A stretch of DNA of 64,000 nt from Marsupella aquatica (taxonomy: Eukaryota > Plantae > Marchantiophyta). Both the position numbers and the translations under genes were made by a program. The notes under the pieces were generated by a model. It was not told the DNA's origin. It did not search any database and saw only the letters and a program-made list of their open reading frames with translations. Position 1 is the first letter of the stretch. The number at the start of each line of letters is the position of its first letter. The stretch covers positions 22,147,168 to 22,211,167 of the forward strand of contig OZ316891.1 of NCBI GenBank assembly GCA_973895155.1, in the 5' to 3' direction. Of this stretch, positions 48,591 to 59,379 are shown piece after piece.

Positions 48591-50230
48591 CCTTCTTGTC
48601 ACAGTTGAAAGTATTGGTAAACCTCCTTAAACTTTCAATCACTTTATTAAAAGACTTTTTTCACCTAGTAGCTCACTTTATTAAAGACTGATAGATCTTG
48701 GGTTCAACTATTATGGCTAACTCTTCCCTTTCTATGGGGTTTCACAGATTTTCTTTAAAAAAATAATTTAAAATACGTTCAATTCAAGAGAACATTTTTA
48801 AAATAATTGTAGATTGCTAAAGTTATGTTATCACTGCAAAAGATGTTCTTTTTACCCATGTAGATTGGTAAACTTGAGTTGTCAATGCAAGAGAATCACT
48901 TTTTCTTATCTTTGTAGATTGTTAAAGTTGTGTTATAAATGCAAGGAAAAAACTTTTACATAAATTCCTTCGTTTCAGCTAAAAAAAATCATTTAGTGAG
49001 GGTTCCACTCATTGCCTTTCATTTCTTTACTATTTTTTTTATAAAATCAATTTTTCCTACTTTTCAACTAAAAAAGTTGATTTCTTCATGCTTGCACTCC
49101 AAACCCATTGAAGTTTTCTGCTCTTTGGCTCACAAACAAAAAATTTGAAATAAGATTTGTTTTTGGGGGAATTTTGAATAATTGTGCAAACTCAAATGAC
49201 ACTACAGTACTACTATGATGAAAACTTGGTGGATCCAGGTTTGATGATGGACAGTGGCACTTTAAACCACCACTATCCATGACAAAACCCTGGATCCACC
49301 AGGTTTCACCATTAATAGTACATTTTCTTGAAATTGTGGAGCAAAATGGCATTGGAGAGATGAAGAATATAAAAAGGGGAGAAGTCTTGGACACTTTCCC
49401 TATTATATGGCTACCGGTAGTGGTGGTTTAAGGATCAATGACCTTGAAACCCAAAATGTAGCACATCATTTGGAGACTTAGAAATTAGAAAAGCCCCCCA
49501 TATGGAATTGAGTCATCATATGTTCCCCCATACTATCTCTATCCTCTCCAAAGTGATGTGTTGTCATACCTAGGTTCAAAATCTCAAGCATATATAGTAT
49601 CTTGTGACATGTGGTGAAATCTCTGACATACATTGTGCAAACCTCAGGATAGGAGGTTCTTTGCACAAGAGCGGAGGAGCGTAGGCGGGAGCAGAGCAGA
49701 GGCGCTGCGCAGAGAGAGCCCCATTAATGTCCACCATAATGGGGCTCTCTCTCCCTCCTGGAGGGGTGGTAGTCAGCCGAGGCTGATAATCCCTTTTCCC
49801 CCCTTTGAGAAGTGGCCGTGCATGCGGCCGGCCCTTCTCCTTCTCAACTTTTTGGTCGTTTCTTTTCTGCTTGGGTTCGGTGGCGGGGTCTGCCGGTTTT
49901 GGTGGTTGTTGGCTTTGGGTTTGCTGCGGAGTTTTGTGTGGTGGGGATTGGGCGGTGGGCTCTCCCTGCCCGTGACTGGGTCTACCCCTTGCACCCTGGG
50001 TGGCCGGGCCAGGGGGTTGGTGCTGCTGCCCCTTGGTTTCCGTGTCTGGTGGTTGGTGTCACGTCTCCTTCTGCCAGCCGATTCTGGGTTCTGCTTGCGG
50101 CCCGGACTTGCACCTGCTGTTCCTGGTTTGGGTGTTGGCCTGGGTCATCCGGTCGGCCCGGTGGGTTTGTGGTCTTGAGTGGGCGTTCGTTGGCGGTTGC
50201 CGTCAGTTGTTGTTGGGGGAGTGCGAGCTG

Positions 50231-50533
50231 TGTTGAACTAAAACGTCATTCGCAATGACCATACAACCATGACTCATTCCTCAACCACCTCTTCTCCAAG
50301 GCTACGTCCACACGAATACTCAAGCTTTACTTCAAGAGTAGACGAACACACATGCTCTCCCTCTTCCTCAAGTTGCTCCGTTACAATGAGTAAGCACCAC
50401 TCACCAGTGACTTACACTAGCCCTGGTATATACAAGGTCACACACGACTAACTTAACCTCAGCTAAGATCCTAACTGTGGTTAGCCTAAGTGCCGTAACC
50501 TATGAGTCACAAGACTAAGAGCAATCCTTAACA
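50231..50533. mobile_element. Solo LTR (303 bp)
   Basis: TGTTGA...TTAACA termini, perfect 5-bp TSD AGCTG (50226-50230, 50534-50538), internal TATATA. Confidence 0.88.
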
Positions 50534-51976
50534 AGCTGTTCGGTTCTTGCGTGGCAGGTTTCTCTACCGGTCTGAGGTTCTTAGTTTTTGACATCCTTCC
50601 CTCTTGCATCCTCGTTTCCTTTTATATCTCGACACCTTTTTGTCTTGTTGTTTGTTGTTTGCTCCTTAGTCTTTTGGTTTTTCTGGGTTACTCCTTGACT
50701 TCTTGGGCCTCTTTGGTCCTCTTGGGGTCTTTTCCTTCACCCCCTTTATTGGGCTTTTTTGCCTTTGGGACCATGTCTCCCGGTTTGGTGTTCCTGTCTT
50801 TTTGGCAGTGTGATGGAGCAATGTTTCTTTGCGTATGTTGGGCAGGTGGTACTTATGTACTGGCTTATGTATATAGGATAGCCAATGTCTAAGTTGGGGT
50901 TACAAGACTTTAATTCTACATCTGGAATGTAAGAATAAGCAGACCAAATATGGCCAGTTAAATCCAATTAGGGCCAGTTAAATTCAATTTTAAGAAAAGA
51001 TCAGAAAAGATATGGCTTTAAATCAATTTTTGGAGTATTCCAAGAGTATTCCAAATTGTATACACTCAGATCTGGACAAATGATTTTGTCATGTAAGTCA
51101 CTTGAACCTTTTAGAAACCTCTTTACATGCTCAGCAAGCCCCTTTGCCTAGAACCAAATGTGCAAAACTTAGCACTAAAAGGAAGCACTTGAGGAGGGGG
51201 GTTTGGGTGTAGTGAGATTTACTTGACAGCCAATGTAACACATGGGCTGGATGAGGTGGTGAGTGTAACTCAATTTAGTACAATAGAGCAGGGGTAACCA
51301 ATGGGCTGGAGGGGGTTTTGGTGTGTCAGTAGCAAGATTTTAGAAGAGGGGTTGAAAGATGCTAGCAATTATTAATTTTTGTGAGCAAGGAAGGGTATTG
51401 CTGGCAGTGCCCCTTGTAGAGCAGTTATTTACGCTTTTAACTACTGTAGCCCAATTCCTTTGCACAATTGGTTTGGGGTCATGCAGTAGTGTAACAATGT
51501 TGCTAGTGCAACAAATGAATACGTGTGCATGGCGCAAAAATGTCATGGTGAGGCAAATAATAGTCGATGATGGATTGTTGTTCTGACCATGCTTTCTTTG
51601 CGGCCATGTTAAATGGGGTGACAATACGTGTCCATGGCACAAAAATGTTGAGGTGGAACACAGAATAGGGAGTGAGAACTGTTGGTTATGACCATGTGGT
51701 TGTTGGTACAACAATACCCAGTCATGTGTTCCACACAAACCTCAAAGAAATACAAAGAATTGCACATGAGAGAAGGAAGTGTTCATGTTCCAATTGTGTA
51801 CTCGGTGCAGCCAATTTTGGAGTGCAAAAGTCTTGTTGGGTTGTCCTTGCAAACATGTCATCTTTGTAAAAGTTGTTTTATGAAAGTGTTCTTATTGAGG
51901 AGGGTACAGGACGCAAGGCAGGTGACGGTGGCCATGGTGTTACGGATGGAAGCGCAATCATGCGACAAGCAGGAGA

Positions 51977-52006
51977 ATTATTATTATTATTATTATTATT
52001 ATTATT
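51977..52006. repeat. (ATT)n microsatellite
   Basis: About 10 ATT units. Confidence 0.95.
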
Positions 52007-53149
52007 TGTGAATAATATTATGTTTCTTAGTTTTCCTCTCAGGAATGAAGCCACTTATTCTCATTTTTTGGGCGCCTTCCAGGATGGGTCATTTTATGTA
52101 AAATTGCTGCCCACCTGCTATCCATGATGGAGTGTCACTCCACTAAGAAAAGGAAACAACTCAGACTCGGACTTGATCAACTCCAGGTGGCTCTTAAGCC
52201 ATAGGAGACTATTGACAGCCCTCTTATTCTGACAATTGATGATATTGACGAGTGACAAGTTTTGCAGCCTGGTTAGGGCTAGGTTCCATGGGGCTGTGAG
52301 TGAGGAATACAGATATGTGTCAGAATATTTAATTCAATAAGATTGCAGCTTTTCCAGGGATGAGGGGCTACAAATACTACAGGGGACAGTTAGTAAGAAC
52401 ATTATTAGTTTGTTGAGGGCTCTCATTACTGCCAGGGAGAAGGAGACCTAGCACTAGTGGTAGCAACAAGCAGAATAGCCTGCTGGGATTCCCTCAATGA
52501 AAGGCTTTGTAGGATTCCCTGGCCTGACTAGTGATGTGGTTTTTCACGCCATTTTTGCAGCCCTGGTGCTCGTGGCACTTTCTGTTCTTCTTAGTGGGTG
52601 GCCTTTGTCCCCTTGCCTGATATTCCCCACTTTTTCCAAAACAAGAAAATAATAAAAATTAATTAATTAAAAAAATAGTGTTCCTTTCATGCCAATGGAA
52701 GGAAATCTTTTCCCTCAACATTCTAGTACCCAGTGTCATACAATGGCCCCTAAAGATGGTTAATAAGATGAAAGCAAAACATGTGTCCGTCCAATTGCAC
52801 ATCACATCATAATATATATATACAATCGATTATGTCACCTCATACCACGCAAACTCTGATGTGCAACAATATAAGAGGTGTCATGTCACTTCTTACCCTG
52901 ATAAAGCCAATCATTTGAGTTTAAATCCCTGAGTGTTATTCATAGAACACCATGTGTAGTCACATTTTGATGTACAATCAACACACGAGACTTTTGGGGT
53001 CTTCACTTTCACCATAGGGATTGCTGATATTGAATTTTCTGTGAACGGGACGGTCAGTTGGAGTGAGTGCCACTAAGTCCAGCCAACCGCTGAAGCGTGC
53101 GTGGTAACACCACCTTACGCAACTTTCAACTCTCCATCACTTAGATATA

Positions 53150-54396
53150 TGCTTGATGGGTCCCCTGGTGAAACTTGTTTACCTGATGGGCCCTCATGAA
53201 ACTATTTTTACCAAGTGGGACCCCTCTTAATGACCCATACACCTGTTCTTCTGTGGTGCCTACACCTGTTTTTGTCTCGGTTTGTGTGATGCCTACTATT
53301 TACAGTTAACCACACTCATTGTTGCAGTCTACAGTGTCTAGTCCACCACGCGGGTCATCGTATTCTACCTCGGTTCATCAAAACGGGCAACAATGCCATT
53401 ACCATAGGATTTGACGGGTTAATACCTGAAGACACAATGGATTACGTCTTTCCATGTTTCAAGGTTTAGGGTTTAGGGTTTAGGGTGTACCCCGACACCT
53501 TCAGGTCTGTCTTCTTTTGGAATTGTTTGTATGCATTGTGTAGGGGAGTATTGCCATTTTTGAGCGCATTCGTCGATCATTTGTTGATTTTTGTCGTGGT
53601 GGTAGTGGGGGAATTCCGAACATTGAACTTGAATATTCACTGTGGACATTTGGAGGTACTCCACACTGACGCTGACATCGCGCATGAAAACATCATGAAA
53701 AACCCGTGTGGACCGCATGAAAAACGTACCTAATAACTACCCTACGATTACGTAAAAATTTGAACCCGAAGACGTAATCCATATTGTATTCAAATCGCGG
53801 TTTGGGCAGCAGCGACCGCTCTTTGCGGTTCTCCCACATGTCTCTTCGACCATGCAGGGTCGGACAAGCGAACCTAATGACCGGACAAGCAAACCTAATG
53901 ACTACCTTACGATTGGTCAAATTTTAAATCCGAAGACACAATGCATATCATCTTCAAATCACAATTTTGGCAGCGGTGGCTGCTTTTCGCGGTTTCTCCC
54001 GAATAATCTCCACGGGTTTTTGGTTGACCATGTAGGGGTCGGCCGCACGATCCAACCATGCAATTTTCCTGGAGTCATGGTTGACCATACTTAGTCTTTC
54101 TGGAAAACGTGGTTGGTCATTCCATGAAAGAAAAACTTGTTAGAGTGCCTGTGATAAGAACAGCTGACAAAATAGTGACAAGGGGACTATTAGGTAAGAA
54201 AAGTTACCTAAGGGCCCATCACTTAAGAAGGGGCCCATCAGGTAAGCCATCAGGTAAGAAAAGAAAGGTTCACTAGGGGGCTCAATATCTGCTCCATAGG
54301 GGCCCATCAGGTAGTGGGCCAGGTTCACTAGGGGGCCATATCTCTCCATCACTCAATCGTAAGGGGCAGAAAGGTTCACTAGGGGGCCATCAAGCA
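53150..54396. mobile_element. Non-autonomous TIR DNA transposon (~1.25 kb) in a TA-rich target
   Basis: Left end TGCTTGATGGGTCCCCTGGTGAAACTT versus reverse complement of right end TGCTTGATGGCCCCCTAGTGAACCTT. TATA on both flanks; subterminal GGGCCCATCAGGTA repeats in inverted orientation at the two ends; internal (TTTAGGG)3 at ~53465-53485. Confidence 0.7.
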
Positions 54397-54499
54397 TATA
54401 TATATGCTCCATCACTCAATCGTAAGTTCTATCTGCCTACTAAGATTATTCCTAGACAGTCAACGCCATGCTACGTTATGCCTTTTGATCCATATAGTT

Positions 54500-54700
54500 C
54501 GGTATGCTTGATAAGAAGTATGACGTTCGACTGACCGAATGCTTTGCTCGATGACGTTCGACTGACCGAACGCTTTGCTCGATCAGGCCTGCCTCGTCTC
54601 CTCCGCCGATTCTGGGTATGCTTGATACGAAGGATGATGTTCGACTGACCGCATACTTTGCTCGATCAGGCCTGCCTCGTCTCCCTGCTCCGATTCTGGA
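54500..54700. repeat. Tandem repeats in the GH3 upstream region
   Basis: GTTCGACTGACCG.A..CTTTGCTCGAT x3; CAGGCCTGCCTCGTCTCC x2; GGTATGCTTGATA x2. Confidence 0.8.
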
Positions 54701-54858
54701 TTGCTTTCCCAGAACTTGCACCCGGAGCAGAATTGAGATCACCTCGTGCTAACGCTTGTGAGGGTAGCTGAGCACGGAAGTTGTTGTTTAGCGATACGAA
54801 AGGTTTCTAAGGCGGGACGCAGTGAGAGGAGCGAAGGGAAGCTGGCTCCACAACGAAC

Positions 54859-56736
54859 ATGGCTGTGGTCACTGCTGTAGCGATTTTACCAGTAATTTGT
54901 GCGGGGCTGCTATATTTGCACATTGCACTTCCTGGACTAGTAGGCTACAAGCTGTACAAGGATGCAAGCCAGCCCGTGGAGGCGAGAGTACAGGACCTCA
55001 TGCAGCGGATGACATTGGCTGAAAAGATTGGGCAGATGATGCAAATCGAGCGCAAGGTGGCTCACCATGATCGTGTGTACAAGTACATGGTGGGAAGTGT
55101 GTTAAGTGGTGGAGGCAGTAATCCCAAACCGAACAACGTTTATTCATGGCAGAAAATGGTGGACGGGTTCCAGAAGCAGGCTATGTCTACACGGCTGGCA
55201 ATCCCCATGATATACGGTGTCGACGCCGTTCACGGCCACAACAACATGATTGGAGCCACAATTTTCCCTCACAATATCGGCCTGGGAGCCACAAGGGACC
55301 GAGATCTGGTGAAGAGAATCGGCTCAGCTACAGCTCTCGAGGTTCGAGCCTCTGGCATTCAATATGCGTTTGCTCCCTGTATCGCTAACTGCCGAGACCC
55401 GCGCTGGGGTCGTTGCTTTGAGAGCTATGGCGAAGATACGGATCTAATCCGCAACATGACTGACATTATTCTCGGTCTTCAAGGAGAACCCACGATCGAG
55501 TCAGCTGGACTTCCTCTCCTCCAGGACAAAACGAAGGTGGCAGCTTGCGCGAAGCACTACGTGGGAGATGGAGGGACGACGGACGGGATCAATGAGAGCA
55601 ACACCGTGATTGACTACGAGACGTTGGTGAATATCCACATGGCTCCCTACGTCGATGCGATTGCCATGGGAGTCTACACTATTATGATTTCGTACTCGAG
55701 CTGGAACGGAATCAAAATGCACACCAATGAGTTTTTGATTACGGAAATTCTCAAAGGGCGACTGGGTTTCGAGGGGTTTACCATCACAGATTGGGAGGGA
55801 CTCGACCGAATTACCAGCCCTCCGCTTGCCAACTACACCTACTCTGTTCTTGCTGCAATCAGTGCTGGCATTGATATGATCATGGTCCCCTATGAAACTA
55901 AAGCCGCCATTAGTAACTTGACTATGCTCGTCAACTCGGCATACATATCGATGGAGAGGATCGACGACGCTGTGGCTAGGATCTTGAGAGTGAAGTTCTC
56001 TATGGGGCTCTTCGAGAGCCCCTACACTGACAAGTCACTCAGTAACAACCCGGGAAAAGCTGAGCACAGGGAATTGGCAAGAGAGGCAGTGAGGAAGTCT
56101 CTTGTCCTATTGAAGAATGGCAAGACTCCAGGTGCAAAACCGCTTTTGCCTTTAAGCAAGAGTGCTCAAAAGATCATCGTGGCGGGAACTCATTCAAGCG
56201 ACATTGGTCTGCAGTCTGGAGGTTGGACTGTTTCATGGAATGGGTCGAGTGGAGCCATAACCACCGGAACTACCATTCTTGAGGGCATCAAAGCTGCCGT
56301 TAGCCCGAACACAGAAGTAGTACATGAAGTGAGCCCACTCCCTGGATGGGCAGCTAATCAAAAGGCCGATTATGCTATAGTGGTGGTGGGAGAACCTCCT
56401 TACGTTGAAACTGGCGGCGACAGTCTCGACCTCTCGCTTCCATTGGAGTCAATTTCCACCATAAAACATGTATGTCCAGAGGTAATGTGCCTAGTAGTCC
56501 TCATTACTGGAAGACCGATGGTCTTCGAACCTTACTTGCCTTTGGTCGATGCATTGGTTGCAGCATGGTTACCTGGCACTGAAGGCAATGGTATAGCCGA
56601 TGTTGTTTTCGGTGATCACCAATTCGTAGGCAAATTGTCGAGGAATTGGTTCAAAACTGTCGACCAGCTTCCCATGAATGTGGGAGACAAACATTACGAT
56701 CCTCTGTTCCCTTACGGATTCGGATTGACATATTAA
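54859..56736 (+). CDS. Glycoside hydrolase family 3 beta-glucosidase / beta-D-glucan exohydrolase (intronless, 625 aa)
   Basis: [49 protein letters not shown], nucleophile ITDWEG, acid/base region [30 protein letters not shown]; N-terminal signal peptide. Confidence 0.96.
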   Translation: MAVVTAVAILPVICAGLLYLHIALPGLVGYKLYKDASQPVEARVQDLMQRMTLAEKIGQMMQIERKVAHHDRVYKYMVGSVLSGGGSNPKPNNVYSWQKMVDGFQKQAMSTRLAIPMIYGVDAVHGHNNMIGATIFPHNIGLGATRDRDLVKRIGSATALEVRASGIQYAFAPCIANCRDPRWGRCFESYGEDTDLIRNMTDIILGLQGEPTIESAGLPLLQDKTKVAACAKHYVGDGGTTDGINESNTVIDYETLVNIHMAPYVDAIAMGVYTIMISYSSWNGIKMHTNEFLITEILKGRLGFEGFTITDWEGLDRITSPPLANYTYSVLAAISAGIDMIMVPYETKAAISNLTMLVNSAYISMERIDDAVARILRVKFSMGLFESPYTDKSLSNNPGKAEHRELAREAVRKSLVLLKNGKTPGAKPLLPLSKSAQKIIVAGTHSSDIGLQSGGWTVSWNGSSGAITTGTTILEGIKAAVSPNTEVVHEVSPLPGWAANQKADYAIVVVGEPPYVETGGDSLDLSLPLESISTIKHVCPEVMCLVVLITGRPMVFEPYLPLVDALVAAWLPGTEGNGIADVVFGDHQFVGKLSRNWFKTVDQLPMNVGDKHYDPLFPYGFGLTY

Positions 56737-57336
56737 ACACCCGAATGTATATAGGCAGGGACACCATCACAGCACTGTGAGACAGACGAATTACGAGAAA
56801 GGAGTTGGAGGTGTATTGCAGGTAAGTTATATCGGAATTGTTTAAATTTGAGACATCTTGCACTGTGAACAAAGTCTTGTTCTGTAATTGTTCTGTAATT
56901 GTTCTGTGATTGAGTCGTGCTCTCATGGTGTGTGCATCAGTATGCCTGGCACGGTGTACTGCAGATCCAAGTCACTCTCCGAATAGTATTTGTGCCCAGT
57001 AAACCTCTTCGTAAAGGTGGTGCTTCTTTCGGTACTTGTTTGAATGGACAGAAGTTCTGCAGTCCCTTTTAAAACTCGCATTTTCTCTGTGGAATAGCCA
57101 GGTACTACAACATTCCTGTTGAACTTCACCCACCAAGTTGATTTCTGCCTAGCACAAAATGACACAGTTACCAAATAATCGCGATTTAAGCTTTCTCATT
57201 ACTCAAATCATCTCGGCGATGCTGCAATTATCGATCCGTGCTTCTGTTAGTTTGAAGCAACTCTGATTTGTATCCAGACTCTCTGGCTCCAATCTGGCCA
57301 TATCCGTCCACTTTAAAAGCCAATTCTTCTTTGCAA

Positions 57337-57700
57337 CGTCATTTCATACATATGAAATTGGGGTAATTTTAACTTGCGTCATTTCATACATATGAAATTG
57401 GGGCAATTGTAACATGCTTCATACATATGAAATTGTAACATGTGAGCAAACAATTTTTTTTTTTTCGGCAGGAGCAAAACAATTCTTATATGAAACTTAT
57501 TTTTCTACATCCAACTGCCTTGCTATCAACTACCTGGTTGGTAACATCCGTTTTGGGGACTCATTTTTTTTCCTTGCACGAGCAAAAACAATTTTTACAT
57601 GAACCCTATTTTTCTACATCCAACTGCCTCGTTATCAACTACCTGGTTCGCTATCAACTACCTGGTTGGTAACATCCTTTTTGGGGACTCCCTTTTTTGC
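57337..57700. repeat. Short tandem duplications
   Basis: TTCATACATATGAAATTG x3; TATTTTTCTACATCCAACTGCCT..TATCAACTACCTGGTT x2. Confidence 0.75.
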
Positions 57701-58927
57701 TAGTGAGCTCGCTAGGCATATGGAGTCTTTAAAAAACACAGAAAATATAAATGGCACCAAAAAGCAAATGAAATTCGAAACCATTAGTGTCTTGCTAAAA
57801 ACATTTCCTTGCTATCAAAATCTCCGCACAATTCACAAGTTTATCACTATTCTTCAGCTTCACTAGTTAACTTCAAGACAGTAGCATAAAAATTTCCGCA
57901 CAATTAGCTCACAATCCTGCAGCTCAGGAAGTCAAGCGGGAACCTCCTGGGGACTCCATGGCTGCAGGCTGTCAATCTACACTGGTATCTTGACATATGT
58001 AGTCAATGCAAACTACAAAATAATCTTGACCTATTACACACTTCTCCACACGGGGAGGTGGCCCATTATCGTTCTCTTTAATTTTATTATTATTGTATAA
58101 ATAATTGTCAAAACAGCAGTGAGTGCATATTGTTCTTGACAAACCTTTGGTCAGGTGTCTGGTTGTTGGAGGGCCAACCCAGTGGGTCATAATTATATTA
58201 GGGTGTCTGGGGACAATTTGAAGTAAGGATTATGGACACAAAAAGTTAGGGATTACATAAGTCATAGTACATAACTTTTTGTCCCAAGGATTGATCTTAT
58301 GTCATAATCATTAGTCCCTATAGAGGCTGGTGAAAATAAAAAATAGTTTTTTTTATACATTCTTATGAAAAAGTTATGATGTATTCTGTCTTGTGAAAAA
58401 ATTATGACCTATTATTTATGACCCAATGCCATCATCCATAATTTCCCACTTTTGAGACGTCTTATTGAAACACTTGCAATACACTGTACATGATGGAGTT
58501 ACCCCTTGCTCTTGGGCCCTTGGGGTGGGCCGGTGGGATGTGTATTGGCTGCATGCAATCACCCGACAGCCATGATGGCTGCGACTGACGCCACAATATA
58601 CATGTGCAAAGCATGCCTTCTGAAATAGCGGTGGGCTGTGTGGGAGGGACTCGTTAATTCAATACCTTTAAGCCAAACCTAGATTAAGATTTACATATTA
58701 GGTTCTAGATCATATATTTTACTCATTCTAGACCTTTATCCATAGTCTAGCATGTGTAGAACTTATTGTACCCCTTTATGTGATTACTAACATAGTTTCT
58801 AGAAGTGGGTCGGAATTATTTCGTGCCGACTTGACTATGTCATCTTAACTAGCATTTTAAACTGGTATATAAAAGCATAAGCAAGATAGTTTCACAAATA
58901 GTTTTGACATAATCTCAACTTAATAGT

Positions 58928-59260
58928 TGGAGTAGGGTCGAAATAATTCCGACCCAACTTATCAATGTTTAGTCAATTAAATCATTTTAAGACATATTGT
59001 TGGAGGAGGGTCGAAATAATTCCAACCCGACTTGTAAATGTTTAGTCAATTCAATCATTTTAAGACATATTGTTGGAGGAGGGTCAAAATAATTCCGACC
59101 CAACTTGTAAATGTTTAGTCAATTCAATCATTTCAAGACATATTGTTGGAGGAGGGTCGAAATAATTCCGACCCGACTTGTAAATGTTTAGTCAATTCAA
59201 TCATTTCAAGACATAATGTTGGAGGAGGGTCGAAATAATTCCGACTCGACTTGAATGTAT
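58928..59260. repeat. 73-bp tandem repeat (~4.5 copies) with palindromic core
   Basis: Units start at 58928, 59001, 59074, 59147 and 59220. Core GTCGAAATAATTCCGAC is a near-perfect palindrome; a related half-unit lies at ~58808. Confidence 0.95.
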
Positions 59261-59379
59261 TTAGGGTTTTGAGTGATTTTACAATATTTTTTGGAGGAGA
59301 GTCCAGATTTTGAAACATGATTGTAACATGGGGAACTTAACAATTTCTAACTTTATTTGAATACAGATAGTCCGCTATC

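Noticed and set aside
49252-49440. Small inverted repeat TTAAACCACCACTA (possible hAT MITE)
   Set aside because: Only ~14 bp match and no TSD found, too weak to call.
49633-50258. 181-aa and 148-aa ORFs
   Set aside because: Low-complexity G/T-rich sequence, non-ATG starts, no protein motifs, and interrupted by a solo LTR.
53463-53486. Telomere or chromosome fusion scar
   Set aside because: Only three units, located inside a TE; better explained as a telo-box-like tract.
13053-56736. Functional gene cluster or horizontal transfer
   Set aside because: GGH, PHS, MRE11, SF3A1 and GH3 share no pathway, and all look like typical plant proteins despite low intron counts.
58928-59260. CRISPR array
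   Set aside because: The whole 73-bp unit is repeated with no unique spacers, there are no cas genes, and the context is eukaryotic.
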